IMG/VR virus record: IMGVR_UViG_3300001336_000012
Coordinates: 1-57,722 of that record
Direction: 5' to 3' (one strand)
DNA: 57,722 nucleotides
Source: a virus
Lineage: Duplodnaviria; Caudoviricetes
The notes below the pieces were generated by a model. The model was not told the DNA's origin. It worked only from the letters and a program-made list of their open reading frames with translations, and did not search any database. How positions within the stretch are numbered: the first letter of the stretch is position 1; every line of letters begins with the position of its first letter. The translations under genes and the position numbers were made by a program. Shown here one piece after another: positions 21,178 through 30,593 of this stretch.

Positions 21178-22269
21178 ATGCCAAAAGATTTATTAATTAA
21201 AACCCTGCTTGAAGCAGAACAGAATAAAGAATACGAAATAGGATCCTATTCTCAGTTAGTTAGTGCATTAGCAGGTAATGACTTAGCAGATATTGAGGTA
21301 TTATTAGAAGAATTAAAACAAATGTCTTTTATTGAAGACGAAGATGTTCTTTATTCCAAATTACCCATGGCTGTTTTTTATAAGCAACTGCCTGTAATTT
21401 CAGAAGCTGACGTCCTTGTTAAGGTTGTCCTTATGCAACAAGGTGATGGTCTTATTTTAATTGTGCCAGAAAATGTTGTTCAAGCATATGAAGACTTAGT
21501 AGAAAACCCAGACCTTGTTACAGAAAAAAATAATAATGTTTCACTATATGCAGAAATTTATAATTTTGATTCAACAGATGAAAAATTGCACGATCTCATT
21601 AAAGAAACATATATTAATGCAGGCAACGGTATTAAGCCATTTGACTTAACAGATGAATTATTGCAAGATAAAGAAGATAGCCAAGACTCTGAAGAAGAGC
21701 CAGAAGGCACAGACATGATCGGCGATGACGACTTTGACTTTGATGAAATTGTAGATGAATTGCCAGAAATGGAAGACTTTGAAGCAAATGAATCTGCGTA
21801 TAAAAAGTTTAAAAAACAAAGTAATTATTTAGAAAACCTAATTAAAAAACTTAATAAAAAAGCAAATGAAAATATTAAAAAGAATGTCCGCACTAAGTTT
21901 ATACATAAAGTGCTTGTCATTGAAGTTGACAATAAAAACATTTATAGACAATATGAAAACATTCCAGCAGTTGCTAAAAAATTATTAACAAACTTTGGTG
22001 AAGCTATTAGAGTAAATACAGGTACACAACTGGTAGATTCATTTTCAAAAGATGGTAAACGCTATTTTGTAGTTGCAGAAAATTTAGCAAACAACTACTG
22101 GTATGTTGTTAAAGAAGATATGGATCAACTAAATGAAAATGAAGAAGCTTATATTTCGCCTAAAGCACCTATTAAACTTAGAAAATCTTCTATTAGAAAA
22201 GAATCAAGAGCCGTTATTCCTTATAAATTAGGTAAAAAAATTATATTTGTAAGCAAAACTTTAAAATAA
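21178..22269 (+). CDS. Acidic hypothetical protein (possible prohead core protein)
   Basis: D/E-rich centre, LLEAE/ANESA motifs; function inferred. Confidence 0.55.
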   Translation: MPKDLLIKTLLEAEQNKEYEIGSYSQLVSALAGNDLADIEVLLEELKQMSFIEDEDVLYSKLPMAVFYKQLPVISEADVLVKVVLMQQGDGLILIVPENVVQAYEDLVENPDLVTEKNNNVSLYAEIYNFDSTDEKLHDLIKETYINAGNGIKPFDLTDELLQDKEDSQDSEEEPEGTDMIGDDDFDFDEIVDELPEMEDFEANESAYKKFKKQSNYLENLIKKLNKKANENIKKNVRTKFIHKVLVIEVDNKNIYRQYENIPAVAKKLLTNFGEAIRVNTGTQLVDSFSKDGKRYFVVAENLANNYWYVVKEDMDQLNENEEAYISPKAPIKLRKSSIRKESRAVIPYKLGKKIIFVSKTLK

Positions 22270-22272
22270 TTG

Positions 22273-22301
22273 TTTACATATATCAATTAACAGGCTATAA
22301 T
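22273..22301 (+). promoter_or_regulatory. Host sigma-A/70-type promoter
   Basis: TTTACA-N17-TATAAT upstream of the sigma-like gene. Confidence 0.75.
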
Positions 22302-22329
22302 AAAAATATAAAATTTTAAAGGAGACACT

Positions 22330-23052
22330 ATGGCTAGCAAACTAAGAGAAGAAGAAATTGTATCTGTTGCTTATGAAATGGCAGAAAAAATGTATAATAT
22401 TCGCAGGCAAGAGTTTGTAAGTTTAAGAGTTGATAAAGATGATTATTTGCAAGATGCTGTCATGTATATTTTAAATCTATATAAAAGCAAGTATATGAAG
22501 CTTTCAAATAATATAAAACCGCATGGTATGATTTTTAGAATGCTTGGAAGATTCACAAAAAATGTATTTCAAAAAAATGCAAGAGATGTTTCAAGGTATC
22601 AGCTAACATTAGATAGACCCATGGGTGATGATAGCAATACAACAATTGCAGATCAACTACCCAGCAATTTTAAAAGTAATCCTGAAGAATTAATGCTTGA
22701 TGAAAAAGACTTTGAAATGGGTAAAAAAATTGTTAATGAAATTATTGAAACCCTTGATGTTGTTCCGTATAAAACAACAAAGCATACCTATACAGGTGAA
22801 CACCCAATCTTAGGAAAAAATTTAAAGCTTTCTGAGTATAACATTGGACGGCTATTAATGTTAGGTGTTGATGAGTATGGTATTTTGCATGTTTATAATT
22901 CATACGCAAAAAACATTGGTGCAGATTCTCGAGCCACCTTTGTGCATAGAAAAACAAAAAATGCTATAAGAAAGATTGCAAACATTATAAATAACGAGCT
23001 TCCAGAAGAAGAATCAAAAATTGCTAAAGCATATATTTTTAAAATAATGTAA
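22330..23052 (+). CDS. RNA polymerase sigma factor-like protein
   Basis: DKDDYLQDAVMYILNL (region 2-like) and LTLDRPMGDDSNTTIADQL (region 3.2-like). Confidence 0.6.
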   Translation: MASKLREEEIVSVAYEMAEKMYNIRRQEFVSLRVDKDDYLQDAVMYILNLYKSKYMKLSNNIKPHGMIFRMLGRFTKNVFQKNARDVSRYQLTLDRPMGDDSNTTIADQLPSNFKSNPEELMLDEKDFEMGKKIVNEIIETLDVVPYKTTKHTYTGEHPILGKNLKLSEYNIGRLLMLGVDEYGILHVYNSYAKNIGADSRATFVHRKTKNAIRKIANIINNELPEEESKIAKAYIFKIM

Positions 23053-23056
23053 AATT

Positions 23057-23088
23057 AAGGCTTGCTCAGTCATACGGTCAAGTCTTTT
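23057..23088 (+). terminator. Intrinsic terminator overlapping promoter
   Basis: aaggcttg/caagtctt stem plus short T run. Confidence 0.5.
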
Positions 23089-23107
23089 ACACTATGTAAT
23101 ATGTAAG
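23070..23107 (+). promoter_or_regulatory. Phage promoter TCATA-N15-CACTAT
   Basis: tcata 23070, cactat 23090. Confidence 0.7.
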
Positions 23108-23127
23108 TAAAAGTTTAGGAGGTATCT

Positions 23128-23667
23128 ATGAACATATTTTATATTCATGAAAATCCAGTAATTGCAGCAAAGGCTATGACAAATAAACATGTTGTTAAAA
23201 TGATTTTAGAGTCTGCACAATTGCTCTGTACCGCACATCGTGTATTAGATGGTGTCCAAATAATCGTTAAGTCTAAAAATGGACATAACCTTAAAAAATG
23301 GCAGCATAATAATAAATACTACGATGAATTGCTGTATAAGTCAACACATGTTAATCACCCTTCTGCAATTTGGGTTAGGGAAAGCAGCAAAAACTATAAT
23401 TGGCTATATCAACATTTTATTGCATTAGGCAATGAATACAAAAACAGATATGGCAAAACGCACAAATCTATAGCAGAGCTTAGATTTCTTTTAGCATCGC
23501 CTCCAAAAAATATTCCGCATATTGATAAAACACCTGTGCGTGTTGCTATTACAAACACTGAGTGGCATAAAAAAACGCCTGTTGAATCTTACCGTACTTA
23601 TTATCTTAATGAAAAGATTAATACAAATGAAGATTTACAAAGATACAAAGAAGTTATTGGAGTTTAG
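23128..23667 (+). CDS. Pyrimidine dimer DNA glycosylase/endonuclease V-like protein
   Basis: MNIFY...KHVVKMILESAQLL...THVNHPSAIWVRES..NY.WL family signature. Confidence 0.75.
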   Translation: MNIFYIHENPVIAAKAMTNKHVVKMILESAQLLCTAHRVLDGVQIIVKSKNGHNLKKWQHNNKYYDELLYKSTHVNHPSAIWVRESSKNYNWLYQHFIALGNEYKNRYGKTHKSIAELRFLLASPPKNIPHIDKTPVRVAITNTEWHKKTPVESYRTYYLNEKINTNEDLQRYKEVIGV

Positions 23668-23670
23668 ACT

Positions 23671-23955
23671 ATGTTAGATATTTTATATATTTTGTTAGTT
23701 ATTACTATTGGTTTAATCGTAAGTACGTTAATATTTGGTATATTCATATATTTAAAACATGCAATCGGAAATTACTTTTTTGGTCGCTGGGTTTATTTTG
23801 AAACAGGAATTTATCAAAATATAGAAACTGGAGATGTCATTATTGTTCAAAACGATCAAATGAAATTGGTTGAGCATGGGCTTCACAAAGGCCAGTATGT
23901 TAAAATAGACAATGATTATGGAGTTTATTTTTACGATAAAATTAACGAGGAATGA
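23671..23955 (+). CDS. Small membrane-anchored protein
   Basis: N-terminal hydrophobic helix. Confidence 0.6.
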   Translation: MLDILYILLVITIGLIVSTLIFGIFIYLKHAIGNYFFGRWVYFETGIYQNIETGDVIIVQNDQMKLVEHGLHKGQYVKIDNDYGVYFYDKINEE

Positions 23956-24191
23956 TTAATATGGCTTATGACAAGTATCAAGCCGATGAAAAAGATAAAA
24001 AATTTGGTATTTTTTTAACAGGCGAAATTGTCAAAATTTATAAATGGGGCGATACAGATGAAAAGAATCGCCAAAAAGTTCACTTTATAGATAAGTATGG
24101 CAAAGCATGGTGGGAATACGCTGATCGATTTTTAAAGTTTGATGACTCAAAATTAAAGCTAAGACTACACTATAAAAAATCATTAAAATAA
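23952..24191 (+). CDS. Hypothetical protein
   Basis: ATGA overlap with previous gene. Confidence 0.6.
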   Translation: MINMAYDKYQADEKDKKFGIFLTGEIVKIYKWGDTDEKNRQKVHFIDKYGKAWWEYADRFLKFDDSKLKLRLHYKKSLK

Positions 24192-24206
24192 AGTATAGGA
24201 GTTTAT

Positions 24207-24572
24207 ATGTTAAATAAGTTACAAAAAGCAGATAAAGATACAAATGATCTTATTAATCAAGTAAAAGACTATTTATTTAGTATTGGCATCCGAACAAGCA
24301 GAGAAAGAGCTTGGGACATATTTCAAACGGTACATCAGCTACCGTATTTAATGTTGATTGAAAAAAACCCAGAAATAGCGTATCAAGGCATCGGTCAGCA
24401 CATTTCACATAATAAACATGGTAATCAATTCTTAGCCATTAAAAATGTGGGACGCTTTGAATTAAAAGGTGTATCGTCTAAAAAAGAGCAAAAGAAAAAA
24501 GCAGCCGTAAAATTTATGCCATCAGCAGAAATGAAAAAGTTAGTTGCTGAAAAAGTTAAGGTAAAAGAATAA
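24207..24572 (+). CDS. HU/IHF-like DNA-binding protein
   Basis: IKNVGRFEL...AVKFMPSAEMKKLV resembles the HU C-terminal motif. Confidence 0.6.
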   Translation: MLNKLQKADKDTNDLINQVKDYLFSIGIRTSRERAWDIFQTVHQLPYLMLIEKNPEIAYQGIGQHISHNKHGNQFLAIKNVGRFELKGVSSKKEQKKKAAVKFMPSAEMKKLVAEKVKVKE

Positions 24573-25990
24573 TGGCATACACTGAATTTGTTTATAAAAA
24601 CTGGGTTGACAAAAAAGAACCACTGGCTAATTTTCCTTTTGATTTTGACGCTAAAAAACTTGCAGATACACCAGAGCATGATTTTGAATTAGACACTATA
24701 TTACCTACAGATGATTATGATGATTTAGAAATTAAAAATAAAAAAGCTAAAGAAGCAAATGAAAAGTTAAAACAAGATGTAAAAGAAGCACTGATTAATG
24801 TTGTTGACTTTAACAAAATAAGTATTAAAGATAAAACATATATTGCAAAATTAAATATCTATAAATTAGATGGTAAAAAACGAGAACTAATTGAAACAAG
24901 ATACTTAGAAATCTATATTAAAGATACAGGCTATAAGTATATTTTAATTAACAGCGTAGAGCAGCTTAAAAAAATATTAAGTGTGCCATTTAAAAAAATA
25001 GCATTTGATACTGAGACAACTGGGTTAGATCCAGAAGCAGATCATATTGTTGGTGTATCATTTTCATTCGGTAATAAGACAGGCTATTATTTTGCGGTTG
25101 CACATGCAGAGCAATTTAAAGAGTATAACCTTGGCTTAGAATCTTTAAAAATATTTTATGAAGCAATGACAAAAGCTGAACGTGTTTATATGTTTAACAG
25201 CCGATTTGATATGCGCATGATGGAATATACAGATGATAGCTTTGATATGTCAAAAGTAAAAACACATGATGTCCAGGTAAGTGCATGGTTTGCCGATCCA
25301 GATTTTAGACAGCACAGTCTTAAATATTTAGAAAAGCATTTCTTAGGGTATTATAGACCCGATCTTTCAGACACACTTAAAAGCAATAAGTTAAAAAACT
25401 TTGACCTTAGTATTATTTCTCCTAAGAATATTTTATTTTATGCAGCTCAAGATGCATTATCTACTTATGACTTAGGCGAAGAAACATACAAATACCATGA
25501 AGAATTTCGCAAATCAGGAATAATAGATCAAACACTATTATATCCATTAATGAAAATGGAAAATCATAGTATGCGTATTGACACACTTTATTTAGAAGAA
25601 CAGCTCGCACATATTATGCCAAGGCTTGAAGAACTAAATGAAAAGCTACATAACGAAGTAGGCAATGTCAACTTTAACAGTCCTAAGCAAAAGCAAGAGC
25701 TATTTAAAAGCTTTGGGCTTCATACAAATGTTGAAACAAAAACAGGTGCAATGGCAACAGGCACAAAAGAAGTTGAAGAAATGATTGAAAATCTTGAAGC
25801 AAAAGGTAAAAGTTACCCAAGCTGGCTAAAGTATTTAGGTGAAAGAGCCAAGCTTGAAAAGCTGCAATCGACATTCTTTAATAGCTTATTGCAACAAGCA
25901 AAGTTAAACAATGGTCGTGTTAGAATTAATTATAGAAATACACAGGCAGCAACTGGCCGCATGTCTTCAGGTGCAGACAGAGGCGAATAA
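24572..25990 (+). CDS. polA: Family A DNA polymerase, N-terminal half (3'-5' exonuclease + thumb)
   Basis: Exo I FDTETTGL, Exo II FNSRFD, Exo III YAAQDA, NFNSPKQ; ends at ATGRMSS. Confidence 0.9.
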   Translation: MAYTEFVYKNWVDKKEPLANFPFDFDAKKLADTPEHDFELDTILPTDDYDDLEIKNKKAKEANEKLKQDVKEALINVVDFNKISIKDKTYIAKLNIYKLDGKKRELIETRYLEIYIKDTGYKYILINSVEQLKKILSVPFKKIAFDTETTGLDPEADHIVGVSFSFGNKTGYYFAVAHAEQFKEYNLGLESLKIFYEAMTKAERVYMFNSRFDMRMMEYTDDSFDMSKVKTHDVQVSAWFADPDFRQHSLKYLEKHFLGYYRPDLSDTLKSNKLKNFDLSIISPKNILFYAAQDALSTYDLGEETYKYHEEFRKSGIIDQTLLYPLMKMENHSMRIDTLYLEEQLAHIMPRLEELNEKLHNEVGNVNFNSPKQKQELFKSFGLHTNVETKTGAMATGTKEVEEMIENLEAKGKSYPSWLKYLGERAKLEKLQSTFFNSLLQQAKLNNGRVRINYRNTQAATGRMSSGADRGE

Positions 25991-26005
25991 AACTTAGGAG
26001 GTAAC

Positions 26006-26245
26006 ATGGCAGGCACAGATTTTTCATTTAAGCAATTTAAAAATAGTTCAGAATTAATAAATGCGGTTAGCTCATTAGAAGATTTAATATATGAATTAAC
26101 ACTTTCAAATTATGACTATACAATAAAAGGAACACACACATTTGAATTCAATGGCTTCATGATTGATTTTAATGTTAGTAAAGATTCTATTAGTTCAGTA
26201 CAAATTACAAATATAAAATATGATGAAGAAGGAGTTATAAGTTAA
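26006..26245 (+). CDS. Hypothetical protein
   Basis: AGGAGG RBS. Confidence 0.65.
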   Translation: MAGTDFSFKQFKNSSELINAVSSLEDLIYELTLSNYDYTIKGTHTFEFNGFMIDFNVSKDSISSVQITNIKYDEEGVIS

Positions 26246-26656
26246 ATGGAAATTAAGTTAATTAGTTTTGGAGGTCAAGCACCAAGCAGAGCACACTATA
26301 ATGATGCAGGTGCAGATGTCCACATTTCAAAAAGTGTAGTACTACCACCGCAACAAATTACTAAAATACCGTTGGGCGTTGGCCTTGAACTACCTGATGG
26401 CTACGTTGCGTTTATATTTCCAAGAAGCGGTATGTCCGCAAATAAAGGTGTGACAACTGAAATTGTTCCAATTGATTCTGGCTATCGTGGAGAAATTCAT
26501 GCAATTGTCTTTAATGCAAATGACCATGAAGTAAATCTTGAAAAGGGTACTCGTGTAGGTCAGTTAGTTGTCTTTCCAATTGCAATACCAAAGTTTACAT
26601 TTGAAGAAGGCGAGCAAAGAAATACGAAAGCATTTGGAAGTTCTGGTGATAAATAA
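26246..26656 (+). CDS. dut: Trimeric dUTPase
   Basis: AGAD, PRSG, IDSGYRGE, RVGQLV, FGSSG motifs. Confidence 0.9.
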   Translation: MEIKLISFGGQAPSRAHYNDAGADVHISKSVVLPPQQITKIPLGVGLELPDGYVAFIFPRSGMSANKGVTTEIVPIDSGYRGEIHAIVFNANDHEVNLEKGTRVGQLVVFPIAIPKFTFEEGEQRNTKAFGSSGDK

Positions 26657-27567
26657 TGTCCGTCATATTCTTTGGGGATCCTCATTTTGATGCACAGACA
26701 CCTGTTTCAAGAATAGACAACTATGCTGAAGCATCTTTGCAAAGACTAAAAGATATATTGTCATTAGCAAAACAAAACCAAGTACAGCATGTAATGACAA
26801 CGGGTGACTTTTTTGATAAGTATGAAGTATCATTTACTTATTTAAATGAAATTATATCTGTTCTAAAAGACTTTGAAAAAGAAAATATAATTGTATGGTC
26901 TTTAATTGGAAATCACGATTTACCATATAATAACATGTCTTATTTTAAGAACACGCCTCTTAATACCTTGTTTACAAGTGGTTTGGTGCGACATTTAAAA
27001 AAATTTAATGAATTTGAAGACTTTAATGTCTATGGTATTGATTTTACTAATGCTGAAGCAATTAAAGATATGCAAGTAGATAAAAGCAAGACAAACATTT
27101 TAATTATGCATTATGCGACAGAAAATACAGTACCTGGCGAATCTATTAATGAAGGTCTTGAAAAGTTCGACTTTGTCATCTCCGGTCATGATCACATGTA
27201 TTACCCACTATTAATATTAGACAGCGGGACAAAGGTATTTAGACCAGGATCATTACTTAGGCGAACAAAAGAAGCATACAACTTAACCAGAGATATCGTC
27301 ATTTGTCTATTTAAAGATAAAGCCATGACAGAAGTAAAGCTACCTAATGTAAAACCAGCAGCAGAAATATTTAGAAATGAAGCATTTGAGACAGCAAAAT
27401 TAAATCTGTATGATAATAAGTACAACGAATTATTTAACAAAGATTATTTTGAAGACAATGCAAGCGACATACTTTCAATATTAAATAGCAATATATTGCC
27501 AGTTACGGTTAATAATGATAGTAAAGAAGCAATAAAGCGCTACTTAAAATCTCAAGGCATCACTTAG
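26656..27567 (+). CDS. sbcD: Mre11/SbcD-like nuclease
   Basis: GDPH, GDFFD, GNHD, GHDH, PGS motifs. Confidence 0.85.
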   Translation: MSVIFFGDPHFDAQTPVSRIDNYAEASLQRLKDILSLAKQNQVQHVMTTGDFFDKYEVSFTYLNEIISVLKDFEKENIIVWSLIGNHDLPYNNMSYFKNTPLNTLFTSGLVRHLKKFNEFEDFNVYGIDFTNAEAIKDMQVDKSKTNILIMHYATENTVPGESINEGLEKFDFVISGHDHMYYPLLILDSGTKVFRPGSLLRRTKEAYNLTRDIVICLFKDKAMTEVKLPNVKPAAEIFRNEAFETAKLNLYDNKYNELFNKDYFEDNASDILSILNSNILPVTVNNDSKEAIKRYLKSQGIT

Positions 27568-27577
27568 GAGGGTTATT

Positions 27578-27706
27578 ATGCGTCCCAGCCAACGCAAATT
27601 AAACAAGTGGAGAAAAGGAAGTCCTAAAAAGCACCGCTCTTACGCCGAAAAGCGTGGGCGTCGTTTTAAGCATATCAAAAAAGAGATAGAAAAGTATAAG
27701 TCATGA
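27578..27706 (+). CDS. Small basic peptide (42 aa), not in ORF track
   Basis: GGAGGG RBS; MRPSQRKLNKWRKGSPKKHRSYAEKRGRRFKHIKKEIEKYKS; ATGA overlap with primase start. Confidence 0.65.
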   Translation: MRPSQRKLNKWRKGSPKKHRSYAEKRGRRFKHIKKEIEKYKS

Positions 27707-28395
27707 GTATAGAAGAGTTATATAAGTTAGGACATTTGATTCCTGAAAGTTTAAAAAATAAAAATAAGTATACCTGGTTGGCATATAATAATCTAATTGA
27801 AATAAAGTATTTAGATGTTAATGATATATTTAAGCATAAGACACCTATAAATAACTTTGTTGTTGAGCATGGATCTGTATTGCTTATTCCTAATATCATT
27901 AATGGTAAGCTTGCAGATCTAACAATTAAAGCATTAAATTCTAAGCATATCTTAAAGTTTAATAATGTCAATCTACCATATAACATTGGCAATTTAGAAA
28001 ACTTTAGATATGGAGATCCTTTAATTATTGTAGAGGGCATTGCAGATGTTGGTGGTTTTAAATTAATAGATCCAAAAATACCTGTGGTTGCACTTAGAAC
28101 AAACAGCATTAGTAAAGATGCATATAAAGTATATGAAAGTATTACAAATAATATTATCTTACTTTTGGACAACGACAAAGCGGGCAACACACAAATTGCA
28201 AAGTTACAGCTTAAACTTAAAGAGATTGGCATTCATAGCACAGTTGTTAATCAATATAATACAATTAAAGATACGGGTGACATCGCTGATTTATTTATGC
28301 AATATGAAAAAACAAAAGATAAAGCCATTCTTTCAGAACTAAATAACATAAATATTTACTATAAAGCGCAAATTAATTTAATTAAGACAGCCTAG
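27703..28395 (+). CDS. DNA primase, TOPRIM part lacking zinc-binding domain
   Basis: IVEGIAD, LLLDNDKAG, KDTGD. Confidence 0.8.
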   Translation: MSIEELYKLGHLIPESLKNKNKYTWLAYNNLIEIKYLDVNDIFKHKTPINNFVVEHGSVLLIPNIINGKLADLTIKALNSKHILKFNNVNLPYNIGNLENFRYGDPLIIVEGIADVGGFKLIDPKIPVVALRTNSISKDAYKVYESITNNIILLLDNDKAGNTQIAKLQLKLKEIGIHSTVVNQYNTIKDTGDIADLFMQYEKTKDKAILSELNNINIYYKAQINLIKTA

Positions 28396-28418
28396 ATAAT
28401 CATACGGGCTGTCTTTTT
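28384..28418 (+). terminator. Intrinsic terminator overlapping promoter
   Basis: aagacagcc/ggctgtctt stem plus T run. Confidence 0.65.
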
Positions 28419-28437
28419 ACACTATATATAGTGTAAG
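28400..28437 (+). promoter_or_regulatory. Phage promoter TCATA-N15-CACTATATATAGTGTAAG
   Basis: Contains perfect 20-bp palindrome ttacactatatatagtgtaa (28417-28436). Confidence 0.75.
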
Positions 28438-28457
28438 TTAAAAATATGGGAGGCTTT

Positions 28458-28982
28458 ATGATTACACAAAAGTTGTTAAATGAAATGAGCAGAAAGTATT
28501 TAAATGAGTTAAAAAGCAAAGGTCGTACATTTAATCCAATTAGATTTGAATTAAAGTCTAGAAAATCATCAACCGTATTTGGTACAGCATACTTATCTTA
28601 TAAAAGATTAGGTTATGATCGTATTACTATTAATAAACATTTAACAGACATGGAAGAGTTTAAAAATACTTTGCTACATGAGATTGCACATTTAGATTTA
28701 GAAGCACGAGGCCATGGACATAGCTATGAATGGAAAAGAGTTGCAAATATGTATAGTCAATGGTTTAATACAAACATTACAACAACCAGTGATAAAGAAA
28801 TTAAAGTTCCAGGCATGGTAGAAGTTAAAGTTATATGGGCAGACAAATGTCTTAAAATTAATAAAAACTTGCCAAGAGAGTATTCAAGAAAGTACAGTGG
28901 CATTGGTTATGCAAAAAACTTTGTAAAAAAATATCAATCAATTGGTTTTATTGAATCATACAAAATTGTGGAGGTTAATTAG
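28458..28982 (+). CDS. SprT-like metallopeptidase
   Basis: TLLHEIAH...GHGHSYEWK; start moved to 28458 (GGAGG). Confidence 0.75.
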   Translation: MITQKLLNEMSRKYLNELKSKGRTFNPIRFELKSRKSSTVFGTAYLSYKRLGYDRITINKHLTDMEEFKNTLLHEIAHLDLEARGHGHSYEWKRVANMYSQWFNTNITTTSDKEIKVPGMVEVKVIWADKCLKINKNLPREYSRKYSGIGYAKNFVKKYQSIGFIESYKIVEVN

Positions 28983-28983
28983 T

Positions 28984-29175
28984 ATGGCAGGATTAGAAGG
29001 AAGAAAATTTAGAGTTAATGATAGCAGAAGTGAATTAGATACCAAAATAGTTACCATTGATTATGCTGACGGCGAATATGTATTTTATTCTTTAGAAGAC
29101 GGTCAAAAATTTGAAACAACTATTGCACATTTAATTTATAGAATTTCACAACGCATTTGGATTGCAATAAAATAA
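28984..29175 (+). CDS. Hypothetical protein
   Basis: GGAGG RBS, start MAGLEG. Confidence 0.6.
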   Translation: MAGLEGRKFRVNDSRSELDTKIVTIDYADGEYVFYSLEDGQKFETTIAHLIYRISQRIWIAIK

Positions 29176-29190
29176 TTTAGGAGGAATAAA

Positions 29191-30198
29191 TTGGCGAATA
29201 AAAAAGAATATAAAAAATCATTCTTTATTGAAATGAACATGCAAAACCCGCCAAAGCCAAGCTCAATGAATTGGTATGTTCGCAAAGCAGACGCTAATTC
29301 TTTTCCTGAATATACCGTTTGTGGGTATGAGTTTACTGAAAAACAAATGCCCGACTCGCTTGGTATAGCAGAAGGGTTTTCGCCTAAGTTAAATTTTAGG
29401 CGAGCCTTTTTACCAGAAGAAGGGCATTACTGGGTATCTCGAGATTTTTCTGGGCAAGAGCTTAGAATTATGGCAATACTTTCAGAAGAAGAAACATGGA
29501 TTAAAGCATTTAATAATGATGAAGATATTCACAAAGCAACCGCAGTTACTATTTGGGGTGAAGAAAACTACACTAAAGATATGAGACGTGCTGCAAAAGC
29601 AATTAACTTTGGGCTTTTATATGGTACAGGTCCAGATTCATTAGCAAAACAAATTGATGTCACCGTTAAAAAAGCACAGGAATACATTGATACATTTTTT
29701 CAAAAGCTTCCAAAGATTAAAACTTTTATGGAAAAATGCGAAAATGAAGCATTAAAAAATGAAGAAATTGAAAATATGTATGGACGCAAAAGAAGATTAA
29801 AAAGCTATATATACTCAAATAGAATGAATGAAAATGTATTAATGAACTCAGGTAAAAGAAAAAGTTATAACTTTCCTATTCAATCTATGGGTGCAGAAGT
29901 TACAAAGCTTGCACTTATTAATGTCTATAATTCTTTAATTAATTTACCAGAGTATAAAGGCAAAGTTTATTTTATGAATACCATTCATGACGAAATAAAC
30001 GTTAGTGTTCAAAAAGATATTGTCAATGAAGTAGTTAAAATAATGGGCGATCTTATGAATCATCAACCCGCAGATCAGCCTGTTGCAATTATTACAGGGC
30101 TTGAAATTGGTAATTCAATGGGGTTAACATGGAAGTTTAAGCAAGATCCTGAAACATTAGAACTAACACCAGAGTATGAACCAATAGAAAATAGTTAG
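29191..30198 (+). CDS. polA: Family A DNA polymerase, C-terminal half (palm/fingers)
   Basis: NMQNPP, motif A DFSGQELR, motif B RRAAKAINFGLLYG, motif C TIHDE; TTG start with AGGAGG. Confidence 0.9.
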   Translation: MANKKEYKKSFFIEMNMQNPPKPSSMNWYVRKADANSFPEYTVCGYEFTEKQMPDSLGIAEGFSPKLNFRRAFLPEEGHYWVSRDFSGQELRIMAILSEEETWIKAFNNDEDIHKATAVTIWGEENYTKDMRRAAKAINFGLLYGTGPDSLAKQIDVTVKKAQEYIDTFFQKLPKIKTFMEKCENEALKNEEIENMYGRKRRLKSYIYSNRMNENVLMNSGKRKSYNFPIQSMGAEVTKLALINVYNSLINLPEYKGKVYFMNTIHDEINVSVQKDIVNEVVKIMGDLMNHQPADQPVAIITGLEIGNSMGLTWKFKQDPETLELTPEYEPIENS

Positions 30199-30206
30199 GA
30201 GGTCGT

Positions 30207-30593
30207 ATGCAATTAGAAGAAATGACAAAGTCAATTGAAGAATTTGCAAAGCAAGTCAATGATTTTACACATGTAAATAAATTAAATGATCTTAAAGATT
30301 TTAGTAGGTTGCAAGAAAAAGAAAACATTGGATCAGATTATAGACAGGCACAATGGTATTTTGAAAATGTGTCAAGCTTTAAGGCAAAATATTTTAGTCT
30401 TAAAGCATACTTTACTAAAATGCTGGCAGAAAACTCTGAAAGAACCACCGTTAGAAAAGTAGAAAACATGCTTTCATATTTAGATGAACAAATAAAATAT
30501 TTAGATATTATTATGGCATCTGCTAAACAACGCATTAAGTTTTATGAAAGTGTTATTTATTTAGTAGGTAATTTTAATTACGGGAACTATTAA
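30207..30593 (+). CDS. Hypothetical helical protein
   Basis: AGGAGG RBS. Confidence 0.65.
   Translation: MQLEEMTKSIEEFAKQVNDFTHVNKLNDLKDFSRLQEKENIGSDYRQAQWYFENVSSFKAKYFSLKAYFTKMLAENSERTTVRKVENMLSYLDEQIKYLDIIMASAKQRIKFYESVIYLVGNFNYGNY

Noticed and set aside
25900-29260. Split intein or group I intron joining the polA halves
   Set aside because: No Cys/Ser-initiated intein N-part, no His-Asn C-terminus, and no non-coding intron sequence at either break
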